From IMG/VR virus record IMGVR_UViG_3300007344_000034, positions 1 through 57,495 of that record: a stretch of 57,495 nt of DNA; one strand, given 5' to 3'. The stretch is from a virus. Taxonomy: Duplodnaviria > Caudoviricetes. The notes under the pieces were generated by a model. It made no database searches. It was not told where the DNA came from and saw only the letters and a list, made by a program, of their open reading frames with translations. Positions 8,689-18,043 of this stretch are shown piece by piece. Numbering within the stretch: position 1 is the first letter of the stretch; each line of letters begins with the position of its first letter. A program made the translations under genes and the position numbers.

Positions 8689-8701
8689 GTTGTATTACTC
8701 C

Positions 8702-9304
8702 TTATACACCAGTGCTCATGGTCATCATGTGTGCATCAGTAACGATCTTAACCAGTACATCTGGGTAAGCGTCGCTAGGATCAGACACGTGAGCCACAAT
8801 TTTGAACGGCTTAGCAGTAGTAGCTACTGTAGCGTCCAACGCTGAAGTTGAGTTACCAGTTGTAGTAGAACCAGTAGACGTTGATTGAACTGCCGCGAAG
8901 GTAGTAGTAGCACCAATAATAGTTTGAGCGCCAGTACCATCCAACTGAGCTTGGAACAATACGTTTGGATCGTCAACAACGTAAGCCTTCACAGTACCAG
9001 TAGTTCCAGAAGGATAATACTGACTGTGAATAACTTGACCTTGAGCATTAACATACTCACAACCAACGAATACGCCGATAGCACCAATAGTGTTACCGCC
9101 TAGGTTGTTAGTAGTCAGGTCTGCACCTGAGCCAGTTGCTAATGCAATATACCCATCCGCCCCGATAGTAACTACTTGACCATTAAAAATGTTAGTAGCT
9201 TCACCAGCAGGATCAATCAGATAGGTAGAAGTCGCCCCTGCATAGGGCATACCGTCAGCGCGTTTTACCGGCTTCAGGCCATATGGAGCTGCTGTAGTAG
9301 CCAT
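8702..9304 (-). CDS. Capsid cement/decoration protein
   Basis: APYGLKPV...GVFVGCEY...YVVDDPNVLF; immediately upstream of the MCP. Confidence 0.65.
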   Translation of the reverse strand: MATTAAPYGLKPVKRADGMPYAGATSTYLIDPAGEATNIFNGQVVTIGADGYIALATGSGADLTTNNLGGNTIGAIGVFVGCEYVNAQGQVIHSQYYPSGTTGTVKAYVVDDPNVLFQAQLDGTGAQTIIGATTTFAAVQSTSTGSTTTGNSTSALDATVATTAKPFKIVAHVSDPSDAYPDVLVKIVTDAHMMTMSTGV

Positions 9305-9324
9305 TGCTCATTCTCCTAAAAAAT

Positions 9325-9795
9325 TTAATTGCCTTTCCCGAATGATGTCTTGGATTTCCTATCCGAAAATAAGGGCATCCGAGGATCATTCTCACGCATA
9401 AAGTTGTTATCTACTGATTCCATCTGAGCTTGGTTCTTACCTGCGTAATACTGTTCACGCTGTTCCACAAACTCATTTGGTATCTTGCAGAGTAAAAGTC
9501 CTTGGACTTCGATATTGTCTTTATAACGACTATCGGTATCCACGAACATTCTGAACTGGGGCTGCTCCTCAATCCGAACCGGCTCCCAACCCTGACGCAT
9601 TTTTGATGAAATATTGCGTGGATCGGCCTGATTCATCTGAGATACCCGAACCCAGCGGTACGCATAACCCGGCTGCTTATCTGGCTCTGGTAATACAGAG
9701 GCAGGTTGCCATGCCTTCGGACGTTCCGATGTAGCTCTTGTTTCCAGTTCGCGTGCAAGTCTGTTATCAGAAGTAGCTTTCTCTTGTGTAGCCAT
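9325..9795 (-). CDS. Conserved head-module protein
   Basis: GYAYRWVR...GWEPV...GLLLCKIP motifs; lies between scaffold and capsid genes. Confidence 0.6.
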   Translation of the reverse strand: MATQEKATSDNRLARELETRATSERPKAWQPASVLPEPDKQPGYAYRWVRVSQMNQADPRNISSKMRQGWEPVRIEEQPQFRMFVDTDSRYKDNIEVQGLLLCKIPNEFVEQREQYYAGKNQAQMESVDNNFMRENDPRMPLFSDRKSKTSFGKGN

Positions 9796-9797
9796 GA

Positions 9798-10778
9798 TTA
9801 GTTCCCCATCTTCTTCAGTTCCCGAGCGTACTGCTCAGGGGTCAATCCCAGTTTTCTCGCAATTTCAACTTGCGATCTTTTTAGCACGATCTTTTTTGGA
9901 GACCTGCTACGGGATGCCGGAGCAACTACCGTGGCTGGCTTCTTCTCTGCGCTCTTGGTGGGCCTGCCGCCCCCACCAGTCGTTTCTTCTCCGAAATACT
10001 CCGGAAACCGACGCTGCATTGTGTTGTCAATGCTTTGCCAGTATTCATCGGTGCCAATAAATTGAGCACCGTGCTCCCGCTCTAACTTTTGGTGTAAGCC
10101 TAGTGCGAGGGCTGTCATCTCTTGGTCTGTGCCGAACCATGTGTTTTGTTCTTGCCACGCAGCCGTTTTGGCGTCTGGGGCTGGCACGTTGACCTGCTCA
10201 GATTCAGTTTGTACCGCAACTTCATTCTCTTGTAAAGAACGAGGTTTAAATGTTTGAGCTTGTTGAAGTTTATATGTCGCTGAATTAAATTTCTTCTGCG
10301 CTTCAATAAGTGCATCAGAATCGCCACTCTCATGTGCTTCTTTATAAGCACGTTCTGCGGCAGCGACTTCAAGTTCTGCTTCCCGTTTGTAAGTCTCGGC
10401 CAGTGTCTGCTCGCCATGAGACAGATTAGCTTTCAACTTCTTGTTTTCTTCAAGCGCCTTCTGCGCCATGCGGATAGCTTCTTGCTGCTCACGCATTGCA
10501 CGTTCTTTTTCACGGCGCTCGTCATGCCACACCTTCTTCATCTGCTTCAGGCGTTGCTTAACCTTATCTGAGTAGTCTTCTAACTCATCAGCTTCCAGTT
10601 CTTCAACGATTTCCTTCGGCATGGGTGAATGGCCACGGTCTTCCTCCGGTGTGTCATCTTCAATCTCTAGTTCAGCATCGTTATCAGCCTCGACTTCTTC
10701 CGCCACGGCCTCCTCTTGCTGCTCTTCCTCTACTTCAAACTCAAAGTCGTCTTCAGCTTTTTGCGCTTCAGCGTTCAT
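9798..10778 (-). CDS. Capsid scaffolding protein
   Basis: Acidic N-terminus, long coiled coil, NTWFG, C-terminal IARKLGLTPEQYAR. Confidence 0.75.
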   Translation of the reverse strand: MNAEAQKAEDDFEFEVEEEQQEEAVAEEVEADNDAELEIEDDTPEEDRGHSPMPKEIVEELEADELEDYSDKVKQRLKQMKKVWHDERREKERAMREQQEAIRMAQKALEENKKLKANLSHGEQTLAETYKREAELEVAAAERAYKEAHESGDSDALIEAQKKFNSATYKLQQAQTFKPRSLQENEVAVQTESEQVNVPAPDAKTAAWQEQNTWFGTDQEMTALALGLHQKLEREHGAQFIGTDEYWQSIDNTMQRRFPEYFGEETTGGGGRPTKSAEKKPATVVAPASRSRSPKKIVLKRSQVEIARKLGLTPEQYARELKKMGN

Positions 10779-10789
10779 ATGTGCCTCCT

Positions 10790-11203
10790 TTAGGCTCTGG
10801 ATATTCCACGTGGGTCTTCAACAACCGCCTCAACCGCATCATCATTGATGATCCGGAACTCACGACCATGAATCTTCACCCGTGTACCGGCGTGTGGGCG
10901 AACTAGAATAAAGTCGCCTTCTTTACACCAAGGTCCGCTAGGGAACCGGGTTTCGTCCTTATAACAATCAGGACCGAGCTTTAATACAAATAATGTAGTA
11001 GTCAGTAGCTCTTCGTTATGCATAGTCTGAGCGGATTTAATTAAACCGCTATCGCCATACGTTTCTTCGATATCAGGCACACCACAAAGGATGCGATACC
11101 CTGAAGGATCAGGTAATTGTTTTGCTTTTTGCTCCGGTGTTTCCGGTAGTTCTGTTGCTTCATCCGGATTATCGGGGTTTGTGCCGATTAGGATTTCAGT
11201 CAT
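10790..11203 (-). CDS. groES: Co-chaperonin GroES-like protein
   Basis: PSGYRIL...SGLI...VLKLGP...CKEGDFIL...GREFRIINDDAVEAVV matches the Cpn10 pattern. Confidence 0.85.
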   Translation of the reverse strand: MTEILIGTNPDNPDEATELPETPEQKAKQLPDPSGYRILCGVPDIEETYGDSGLIKSAQTMHNEELLTTTLFVLKLGPDCYKDETRFPSGPWCKEGDFILVRPHAGTRVKIHGREFRIINDDAVEAVVEDPRGISRA

Positions 11204-11390
11204 CGTCGTTCTCCATGCGTTGTGCCGTCTCCAGCACGAGGTTGTTTGCGATCATAAGGCCGCGAATTACGCCAGTGGCGTGCTTATATTGGGCGTGATC
11301 GGGAGCCTTACCGGCTGCAAGATCCTCCACAATAATTTCTCTTTCCTCGTTGATTTTGTCCGCGAGGTACTTCAGTAGGTCTGTACTCAT
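11196..11390 (-). CDS. Small helical protein between portal and GroES
   Basis: 64 aa, overlaps both neighbours; YKHATGVIRGL. Confidence 0.65.
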   Translation of the reverse strand: MSTDLLKYLADKINEEREIIVEDLAAGKAPDHAQYKHATGVIRGLMIANNLVLETAQRMENDDD

Positions 11391-13879
11391 TCTTCACCTT
11401 GAGGCTGCTGAGTTTGTTGTTGCCGCATAGCGCGGTCCTCTTGAGCTGCTTCACGGGCGATATTGATGCCCATCTCCAGCCCATCTTTCTGCTGTTGAGC
11501 AGATAACTTGTCTTTCTCGGAAGCGATTTTTGCTCCGACTTGCATACCAGCGGTACGTTCTTGGGAGGCGATACGCTCTCTTTCCAGCTCCAGACGGTCG
11601 GCTTTCTCGGCTGCATCGATCTGCATCTTCTGAGCCTTGAGCTGAGCTTCCTGCTGCTTGATCTGCAGTTCTGCCTGTTGCATCTGGACAATTGGGTCTT
11701 GCTGAGCCTGTTGCGCTTGTTGAGCGGCTTGCTCCGCCTGATTCTTGCCAAGGACTTGTTGGGCTGCAGCGGCTGCGAGACGCGAAATCTCCAGCTCTGT
11801 GTTCTCGTCCATCTTGTCCTCTGGCGTTGGGTAAGGCACACCAGCAGCGTCTTCGATCTGTTTTCTGTACGCCATCGCCAAGTGTTGAGCCAAGTGCTCT
11901 TGGAAAGCTGCGCCGATAGTCTTAGCCATAGGGCTCTGCTGAAGCATACCCATCATCTTCGGATCTTGGGCTGCCGCCATATGCACAGCGATATGCGCCT
12001 CATGATCCTGATACAAGAACGCCTTGACCGGCTTGCCCTGCAACATATTCATGTTTTCTGTCACTGGGTCGGTTGGCTTCTGGTCGTCTTCCATTGGAAC
12101 GAGCTTTTCAGCGTTCTTTATTCCTAAAACTTCTAACATCTGCCGGTGTAAGAACGGCATGTCATAAAGCTGAGGTGCAGACTGCGCCATTTGCAAAACT
12201 GCTTGGTACTGAACGACTTTTTGCGCCATTGTGGCCGCATTTGGGTCAGAAACAGGGATAACTTCAACCTGATCGTAGTCAGCGCCACGGTCCATAGCCT
12301 CGCCTGTGCTTGGCTCGTACGTATACTCATCGTCGGCATAGTCACGAATGACGCCTTTCAGGAGTTTAAGTTCCTGCTTCATTGAGTAATGGATGCGTGC
12401 CTGTACCGCAGACATGATCTTGAGCGTGCGCTCAAGGATTGCCAGAGTAGTACCAACAGGAGCCTGACCAGACATGTCAGAGATCTTCATGTCAGCCGCA
12501 GAAGCGAAGCGACGGCCTTCTTCTACGATCTTGTCGAGCAACTGAGACAGAACCATTGACGGCTCTTTATATGGGAGCGTCATGATGTTGTCTTTGATTG
12601 TGCCCGAAGCTACGTCTACATCACGAAACTCCGCTGGGGAGATCGGGGTGTCATCTCCTTTAACTCGTAATCCTTTGGTTTTGAATCCTCCGGGGAGGTT
12701 GGAGAGGGTTCCCGCATCAACAAGTTGTCTAATGATTGCGGTGCCGGACTTAGCGAAAGCACCAACAAGATGAATAAGACCGAAAGCATAGAAGCCAAAA
12801 CCGGGTACATAACTATAATGAACAAAATGGTTCCGCTTCTGCTTGCTCTCATCCTCTTGATTCCAGTTACGACGGATCGCGAGAATAGTCTCCGAATGCT
12901 TCTCAATAGTAACCACGTACGGTAACGCAATACCTGTAGCCTTGCCGTCTTCATCCTCGTCCTCGTAACCGGGAAGATCCAAGTCAACGTGCATTTCGAG
13001 AATCTTATGGCGGTCATCAGATGTGGCACTGAAGCCCATCTTCTCTGCAATCGACTTCTCTATATCATCTAATGTATCGCCCGGTTCATCCAGCTCTATG
13101 TCACGATAGAAGCCAGCGCTCTGTAACTTTTTGATTTCATTAGCAGTTTTGCGCATAACGTGAGTTACACGCTCGGCTGTCTCGATATTAGACGCGCCGT
13201 ATGGCACCACAACGTCTTCCGCTGGCACGTAAGTCGAAGTCTGACGATTCAGGCTAGGGTCGAAGTACACCTTCTTGAAGGCATTACCAGAGAGGCCAAG
13301 ACCCCAGAGCATGCGCTCATGCTCGGGGCGATACTCTACCATCTTCTCTGTGAGCTGGTAGTTCATGTCATCCTTTACACGCTTGGCGACTTCCAGTTTT
13401 TCAGGAGTTTCTTTCCCGATAACCTTGGTCTTTACCGGCCCCTGCGCCGGGAATGTCTCCATCATCGTTTCAGACTGAAACTTAACAAGAGCTTCAGACA
13501 GGAGGGGGTGGTAGACACCACAAGCACCGGGCCAAGGCTCTGAGCGATCCTCAACCTTCATACCCAACAGCTCAAGGCCGTCTACATAAGTCTGCATCCA
13601 GTCGCGACGCGAACCAGTATCTTCTTCAAAGTCAGATAGTAGCTCCTCACTAAGAGCTGCAAGGGACTCTTCTTCCATCTCTTCTGCGAGATTGGCCCCG
13701 AACTCTTCGTCGTCCTGCATATTATCCGGGTCGAGAACAATCTCCATGTCCCCAACTCGGACGGTAACTTCTTCCGGATCTTCGATCTCGATCTCAATAT
13801 CTGGCTCCATATTGGCCGCTTGGGCCATCATTTCATCAATCCCCATAGGGGCTTGGTTTACGGCTTTCTCAATTGCCAT
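11387..13879 (-). CDS. Portal protein (P22-like)
   Basis: 830 aa following TerL; HPLLSEALVKFQ, GFYAFGLIHL, LVDAGTLSNLP; Gln-rich C-terminal coiled-coil barrel. Confidence 0.9.
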   Translation of the reverse strand: MAIEKAVNQAPMGIDEMMAQAANMEPDIEIEIEDPEEVTVRVGDMEIVLDPDNMQDDEEFGANLAEEMEEESLAALSEELLSDFEEDTGSRRDWMQTYVDGLELLGMKVEDRSEPWPGACGVYHPLLSEALVKFQSETMMETFPAQGPVKTKVIGKETPEKLEVAKRVKDDMNYQLTEKMVEYRPEHERMLWGLGLSGNAFKKVYFDPSLNRQTSTYVPAEDVVVPYGASNIETAERVTHVMRKTANEIKKLQSAGFYRDIELDEPGDTLDDIEKSIAEKMGFSATSDDRHKILEMHVDLDLPGYEDEDEDGKATGIALPYVVTIEKHSETILAIRRNWNQEDESKQKRNHFVHYSYVPGFGFYAFGLIHLVGAFAKSGTAIIRQLVDAGTLSNLPGGFKTKGLRVKGDDTPISPAEFRDVDVASGTIKDNIMTLPYKEPSMVLSQLLDKIVEEGRRFASAADMKISDMSGQAPVGTTLAILERTLKIMSAVQARIHYSMKQELKLLKGVIRDYADDEYTYEPSTGEAMDRGADYDQVEVIPVSDPNAATMAQKVVQYQAVLQMAQSAPQLYDMPFLHRQMLEVLGIKNAEKLVPMEDDQKPTDPVTENMNMLQGKPVKAFLYQDHEAHIAVHMAAAQDPKMMGMLQQSPMAKTIGAAFQEHLAQHLAMAYRKQIEDAAGVPYPTPEDKMDENTELEISRLAAAAAQQVLGKNQAEQAAQQAQQAQQDPIVQMQQAELQIKQQEAQLKAQKMQIDAAEKADRLELERERIASQERTAGMQVGAKIASEKDKLSAQQQKDGLEMGINIAREAAQEDRAMRQQQTQQPQGEE

Positions 13880-13889
13880 TGCTCAGTCC

Positions 13890-15428
13890 TCAGTAGTATC
13901 CAGCGTGCGGTCGTCTAAATGTTGGTGGGTCGTCTTCCTCGTCTAGCAATGTCCGTATGTATCCGCCACGGCGGAACCGCGCTAGAGCTAACGAAGTAGA
14001 GTCAACGTAGTCATCGTGCTCTCCCGAAGGAAAACTTGCAACTTCTTCAATGACTTCCTCGGCCCAATGGGTGTTGGGTGCCCACACTCTGCCACTGGCA
14101 AAAATGTCTGCGACCGCATTTAACCGGGTAATTTTGTCGTTCCCTTTCACTGGCGTGAACTCTTGGACCGGGATACCCATAGCCCGCATCTCGTATATCA
14201 GTGGCGCACCTGATGCTTTCTTCTCGATAATGACCCCGTCTGGCTCCCAGTCGCGGTAATACTCGATTGCCACCTGTTTCAACCTCGGAAACTCCATCCG
14301 CTCCCTGAAGGCATCTAATAATATGATATTAGCCTGTGGTACGCCGGTATCGTCGTCCTTGTAGAACACACCCCACGTAGTTAACGCCGAATAGTCAGCA
14401 CGTTGTGACTTCTCGAACGCCGTATCCCACGACATAAGGACAAAATCACAGTGTGGAGGGCTGTCTCCTTCCCAAATCTGCCACCATTCGCGTTTGATGA
14501 TGGCCGTAGCGTCCGATGTCGGGTTCTGTTGGTACTGAGCCATCCATTTTGAGTGTGGAAGTTCCTCTTGGAGGGCTTTTAGCTCTTCTTCTGCCCAAAA
14601 TTCAGGCCAAAGTGGCTTGTTTGACGGCAAAATCGCCGGAAATTCAATGACTTCCCACTCTGTACCGCCTCTTTCGGCCTCTGCCTTGAGCACACGAGCA
14701 GTAATGTCCTTCTTGGACCACCGAGTCATGACGATCACGATGGCTCCACCCGGCTGTAGACGCTGACGAGGGCCAGATGTGTACCACTCGTAGGTCTTAT
14801 CGTAGATTTCCGGGTTTATTTCGGCCAGTGCAGCCTCCTGCTCCGAGTGAGGATCGTCAATAATCAACAAATCCGCACCCTTACCAGTCACCGCACCGCC
14901 CACACCGATGGCGAAGTAGTCACCACCTTTGTTTGTAGCCCATCGTCCAGCCGCTTTGGAGTCTTGCTGCAGCCCTACGCCGGGAAATATTTTGGCGTAG
15001 ACTTCCTGATCGACCAAGTTCCGCACTTTACGACCGAACCCGACCGCGAGTTCTGCTGTGTGGGAGGTCTGAATGATCTTCTTATGGGGAAATTTCCCCA
15101 AGAACCACGCAGGTAGAAGATAGGAAGCGAACTCTGACTTTGTATGTCGAGGCGGCATATTGATGATGAGTCTTTTACACTCACCCTTAGCCACCCGTTC
15201 AAATGCTTCTGCCATTTTTGCATGGTGACGCCCTGCAATGAACGTCGGCCACGCCTCTTTCACGAACGCAAGAAACTTCTCTTGCGCCAGTTTTCTGGTT
15301 TTCAGGGACTGCAAGTGCTCCAGCTCAGCCAAGAGCTTCTCTTGCTCCCCCGGAGTTAAGGCCGGAAGGATGCTCGGTATATCCTTCAAGGATATATTTT
15401 CTAGGATGTCACTCGCTCTCGCTGCCAT
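13890..15428 (-). CDS. terL: Terminase large subunit
   Basis: Walker A INMPPRHTKS, Walker B LLIIDDP, MTRW coupling motif, nuclease motifs SWDTA and HDDYVDS. Confidence 0.95.
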   Translation of the reverse strand: MAARASDILENISLKDIPSILPALTPGEQEKLLAELEHLQSLKTRKLAQEKFLAFVKEAWPTFIAGRHHAKMAEAFERVAKGECKRLIINMPPRHTKSEFASYLLPAWFLGKFPHKKIIQTSHTAELAVGFGRKVRNLVDQEVYAKIFPGVGLQQDSKAAGRWATNKGGDYFAIGVGGAVTGKGADLLIIDDPHSEQEAALAEINPEIYDKTYEWYTSGPRQRLQPGGAIVIVMTRWSKKDITARVLKAEAERGGTEWEVIEFPAILPSNKPLWPEFWAEEELKALQEELPHSKWMAQYQQNPTSDATAIIKREWWQIWEGDSPPHCDFVLMSWDTAFEKSQRADYSALTTWGVFYKDDDTGVPQANIILLDAFRERMEFPRLKQVAIEYYRDWEPDGVIIEKKASGAPLIYEMRAMGIPVQEFTPVKGNDKITRLNAVADIFASGRVWAPNTHWAEEVIEEVASFPSGEHDDYVDSTSLALARFRRGGYIRTLLDEEDDPPTFRRPHAGYY

Positions 15429-16026
15429 TCTCTAGATCCGCTGCAATACCTACTAACTCTGAAGGCTCTTCATAAGCCCCCAACTCCTCATCCAAATCTA
15501 CGCCCAGTGGCGTCACATCAATCACATCTGCGTTCAACAGGCGTTTGACACGCTCCTTGATCGCATTTTCCAGATCCTCTGGATTCTTATAGTTGATGGT
15601 GACTTCGCTTCGTTCTGTAAATAACCCGATGTCACTATGCTTACCAAGGAGTTCCAGCGCCTTTAGCTCGTATCTGGTGTCCCCGCAGTTGGCAATCTCC
15701 ATCAACTTGTTAGTAATAGCAGACCGCGCTTCGCCGACATCTAGTGCAAGAGAGCTTCCATAAGTTCTTAGGAAGGCTGCGGCAGCAAATGCTGTGGTCT
15801 GGTTTGTCAGGTTCTTTGTGCTTTTGTCTTTTACGACAGCTTCAAGCAGCTTCTTTTCGCGCTCAGCGTCTGCCTCAGATATTTCGAGAGGAGCGCCAAG
15901 TTCAGCTTTTAGTTCAGCCGTGTTACCGGCAACCGCCAGTTCTTCTAACAGGGTAGGGACAGTGTCGTCCGAAGTGTCATACGGAACGGGCTTGTCTTTT
16001 GTAGGTTCGATCTTTGTCGTTGGCAT
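15409..16026 (-). CDS. Probable terminase small subunit
   Basis: Immediately upstream of and overlapping terL; ELKALELLGKHSDIGLFTER motif. Start ATG 16026 preferred over 16089. Confidence 0.6.
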   Translation of the reverse strand: MPTTKIEPTKDKPVPYDTSDDTVPTLLEELAVAGNTAELKAELGAPLEISEADAEREKKLLEAVVKDKSTKNLTNQTTAFAAAAFLRTYGSSLALDVGEARSAITNKLMEIANCGDTRYELKALELLGKHSDIGLFTERSEVTINYKNPEDLENAIKERVKRLLNADVIDVTPLGVDLDEELGAYEEPSELVGIAADLENGSESE

Positions 16027-16122
16027 TGTCTGTACGGCGGTTTGTGGCCTCAGTTGCGGTGATCCTAACAGAGTATTTGTAAGAAACAAAATATATCAAG
16101 GAAACGGGACTCTAACTTTTTA

Positions 16123-16348
16123 GGTAGGGGGGTACTTCTATATATGGAGTGCATGCCAACCGGGCGTAGAAAAGAAGGGGGGTGGGGGTATGTTTTAGAC
16201 AGTGTCTAAAGAAGGGGTAAGGCTTTGTCAAAATTGCTCATCTAATGTGCATATTATTATTACTACGTAGCTGCTATGTAACTAATGCTGCCAGCGGGGG
16301 GTAGGGGGGCGGCATATCGCGCCCAAATCAACTAAAAACCCCCACCCC
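16123..16348. repeat. G-tract boxes and palindrome between terS and early genes (candidate packaging/terminus region)
   Basis: GGTAGGGGGG at 16123 and 16300; GGGGTGGGGGT (16179-16189) is inverted at 16338-16348; perfect palindrome TTTAGACA-G-TGTCTAAA at 16194-16210. Confidence 0.5.
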
Positions 16349-16350
16349 AG

Positions 16351-16387
16351 AGCAGAATCGTACTTCTGTACCACAATTAGAGATAAT
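16351..16387 (+). promoter_or_regulatory. Early promoter, 37-bp repeat copy 1
   Basis: AGCAGAATCGTACTTCTGTACCACAATTAGAGATAAT; -10-like GATAAT; near-identical to 17073 and 17964. Confidence 0.7.
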
Positions 16388-16436
16388 GGAATCGTTCCAT
16401 AGGGGAACACAACTAAAAGAGGTAACCAAGAACGTT

Positions 16437-16673
16437 ATGCAATTATTTGTATTCGTTATTTCATGGGTGTCAGGCATCTGCCTGATGGGTTCAGGTCTAC
16501 TGGTGGCGTGGGCATCACACACCGTAACAGCTACGTCATTCACCGGTCCAGTGCTTGGTGGGTTACTAGCAATCATCGGGTTCGTACTTGTGATGCTAGG
16601 CATCAACGCATACGAGCAATGGCAAGCCAAACGAAAGCTACGCGATCTGCGTAGCTGGGGAGGTCGGTCATGA
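16437..16673 (+). CDS. Early two-TM membrane protein
   Basis: Start moved to ATG 16437 behind RBS AGAGGTAACC (16418); two hydrophobic helices and a basic tail. Confidence 0.7.
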   Translation: MQLFVFVISWVSGICLMGSGLLVAWASHTVTATSFTGPVLGGLLAIIGFVLVMLGINAYEQWQAKRKLRDLRSWGGRS

Positions 16674-16969
16674 AGACGCTCAAGACACAGATCGATCTAT
16701 TCGACGATGGCATCATCAAGTTGGCATCACAAATGGCTGTCCGATACTTCCATGTGTTCATGGAGTTAAAGACAATGTGGGATCAAGCACCGCAGGTATG
16801 TGACGACGATCACAAGAAGCAAATGCATCGTGCAGACATTCAGTTCCAAGAATACTCACGGATGTCTGGATGTGATCCCTTCCAACTACTGAAGCACGCG
16901 GCGAAGAACAACTTGCTACCAAGCGATGATGTATTCGCCTACTTGTACATGTACAAGTATTCAGACTGA
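16670..16969 (+). CDS. Hypothetical early protein
   Basis: 99 aa, GGAGGT RBS, ATGA overlap, followed by a hairpin. Confidence 0.7.
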   Translation: MKTLKTQIDLFDDGIIKLASQMAVRYFHVFMELKTMWDQAPQVCDDDHKKQMHRADIQFQEYSRMSGCDPFQLLKHAAKNNLLPSDDVFAYLYMYKYSD

Positions 16970-16976
16970 GTCAATC

Positions 16977-16996
16977 GGCTCCCCTTCGGGGGAGCC
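16977..16996 (+). terminator. Stable hairpin ending cassette 1 (no U-tract)
   Basis: GGCTCCCC-TTCG-GGGGAGCC, 8 nt after the stop codon. Confidence 0.6.
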
Positions 16997-17001
16997 ATTG
17001 A

Positions 17002-17028
17002 TGATAGTTATACGTACTGCGCCGAGCC
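17002..17028. repeat. Bipartite box TGAYAGTTA-N6-CTGCGYYGAGCY, copy 1
   Basis: TGATAGTTA-TACGTA-CTGCGCCGAGCC. Confidence 0.85.
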
Positions 17029-17048
17029 GCCGCCGCGTCTAGGGGTCG

Positions 17049-17066
17049 GACTAACATTTGTTAGTC
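17049..17066. repeat. 18-bp palindrome copy 1
   Basis: GACTAACATTTGTTAGTC, 6 bp upstream of the promoter repeat. Confidence 0.9.
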
Positions 17067-17072
17067 TGATGG

Positions 17073-17109
17073 AGCGGAATCGTATTTATGTATCACAATT
17101 AGAGACAAT
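17073..17109 (+). promoter_or_regulatory. Early promoter, 37-bp repeat copy 2
   Basis: AGCGGAATCGTATTTATGTATCACAATTAGAGACAAT. Confidence 0.7.
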
Positions 17110-17161
17110 ACACACATCGAAGCAATCCCGCTTCGGTGTTCCATAAAAGAGGTAATCACTC

Positions 17162-17812
17162 ATGGAAAATCAAACTAAAGTCGTTGCCGACTCAAAGGCT
17201 ACTAGCGTCCCTTCAATGAACACTGTTATTGCGGAGCTTGAAGGCTTCGCTTCCAAAGCGGTAGATTTTGACACCGCCGCCGAATCAGTGTCGGTAACCT
17301 TGCTCGAATACTTTGGTTATCAGTTCAACACTGAAAAGACGAAGGTTCTGGAAGCGTCAAAGAAAGATGCTTACCCATGGTTCAATCAAGTAGGGGACGC
17401 TATCCAGAAAGCGACCGACGACAATGGCAAAGATCTTCGTAAGTTCCGCGACACTTTATATCTAGCGTTGCATGTGCAAGCGAAGGCGAAGGCTAAAGCG
17501 ATCAACCCGTCCATCACTGATGAAGCCTTGAAGAAGGTTAAATACACGAACCCTTCAAACCGGTTCGACCAAATCAAAAGTGTGGCCAAAGGGATTGTCG
17601 AAGGTTCCCGCCGACTAGGTAAGCGCGGTGCTGACCGCACTGTAACTGAACTTGCATTGCGGGATTGTCACCCTGCATGGGCGCGGCTTGCAAAGCTCGA
17701 AGAACTCACTGACCGCGAAATGAAGATCATGAAAGCACTTGACGCTGTTATCCGCGCATGTGGACACGATCCTCAGAAGGTTGATCTGAAAGCTCTAGGC
17801 TTGAAGAAGTAA
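17162..17812 (+). CDS. Early protein of unknown function (paralog A)
   Basis: 216 aa, RBS AGAGGTAAT; shares NPS...KG.VEG.R.LGK...GHDPQKVDL..LGLKK with 18044..18610. Confidence 0.85.
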   Translation: MENQTKVVADSKATSVPSMNTVIAELEGFASKAVDFDTAAESVSVTLLEYFGYQFNTEKTKVLEASKKDAYPWFNQVGDAIQKATDDNGKDLRKFRDTLYLALHVQAKAKAKAINPSITDEALKKVKYTNPSNRFDQIKSVAKGIVEGSRRLGKRGADRTVTELALRDCHPAWARLAKLEELTDREMKIMKALDAVIRACGHDPQKVDLKALGLKK

Positions 17813-17819
17813 CCACAAG

Positions 17820-17845
17820 GCGACCCTTCGGGGTCGCTTTTTTTT
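17820..17845 (+). terminator. Rho-independent terminator
   Basis: GCGACCC-TTCG-GGGTCGC followed by T8. Confidence 0.92.
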
Positions 17846-17860
17846 GGCCAAAAATTTTGA

Positions 17861-17919
17861 TGATAGTTATCTCCTCTGCGTTGAGCTGTTGATGATAGTT
17901 AGACGTTCTGCGCCGAGCC
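17861..17919. repeat. Bipartite box copies 2 and 3
   Basis: TGATAGTTA-TCTCCT-CTGCGTTGAGCT (17861) and TGATAGTTA-GACGTT-CTGCGCCGAGCC (17893). Confidence 0.85.
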
Positions 17920-17940
17920 CCCTGCGCCCGCCATCGGTCA

Positions 17941-17958
17941 GACTAACTTTTGTTAGTC
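17941..17958. repeat. 18-bp palindrome copy 2
   Basis: GACTAACTTTTGTTAGTC, 5 bp upstream of the promoter repeat. Confidence 0.9.
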
Positions 17959-17963
17959 CGATG

Positions 17964-18000
17964 AGCAGAATCGTATTTATGTACCACAAATAGAGATAAT
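17964..18000 (+). promoter_or_regulatory. Early promoter, 37-bp repeat copy 3
   Basis: AGCAGAATCGTATTTATGTACCACAAATAGAGATAAT. Confidence 0.7.
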
Positions 18001-18043
18001 GGACTCGTCCAATCAAGGACATAACTAAACAGGAGTTTCCAAA

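Noticed and set aside
11308-13797. Alternative-frame ORFs inside the portal gene
   Set aside because: Shadow ORFs with no RBS or protein-like motifs.
16070-16099. Minus-strand sigma70 promoter for terS (TTGATA-18-TACTCT)
   Set aside because: Plausible but weak in AT-rich sequence; not supported enough to call.
16328-16630. 100-aa minus-strand ORF
   Set aside because: Antisense shadow of the plus-strand membrane gene, which has a promoter and RBS.
17049-17066. Palindrome as a host CtrA, LexA or parS site
   Set aside because: CTAA-N6-TTAG does not fit TTAA-N7-TTAA, CTGT-N8-ACAG, GTTC-N7-GTTC or the parS consensus.
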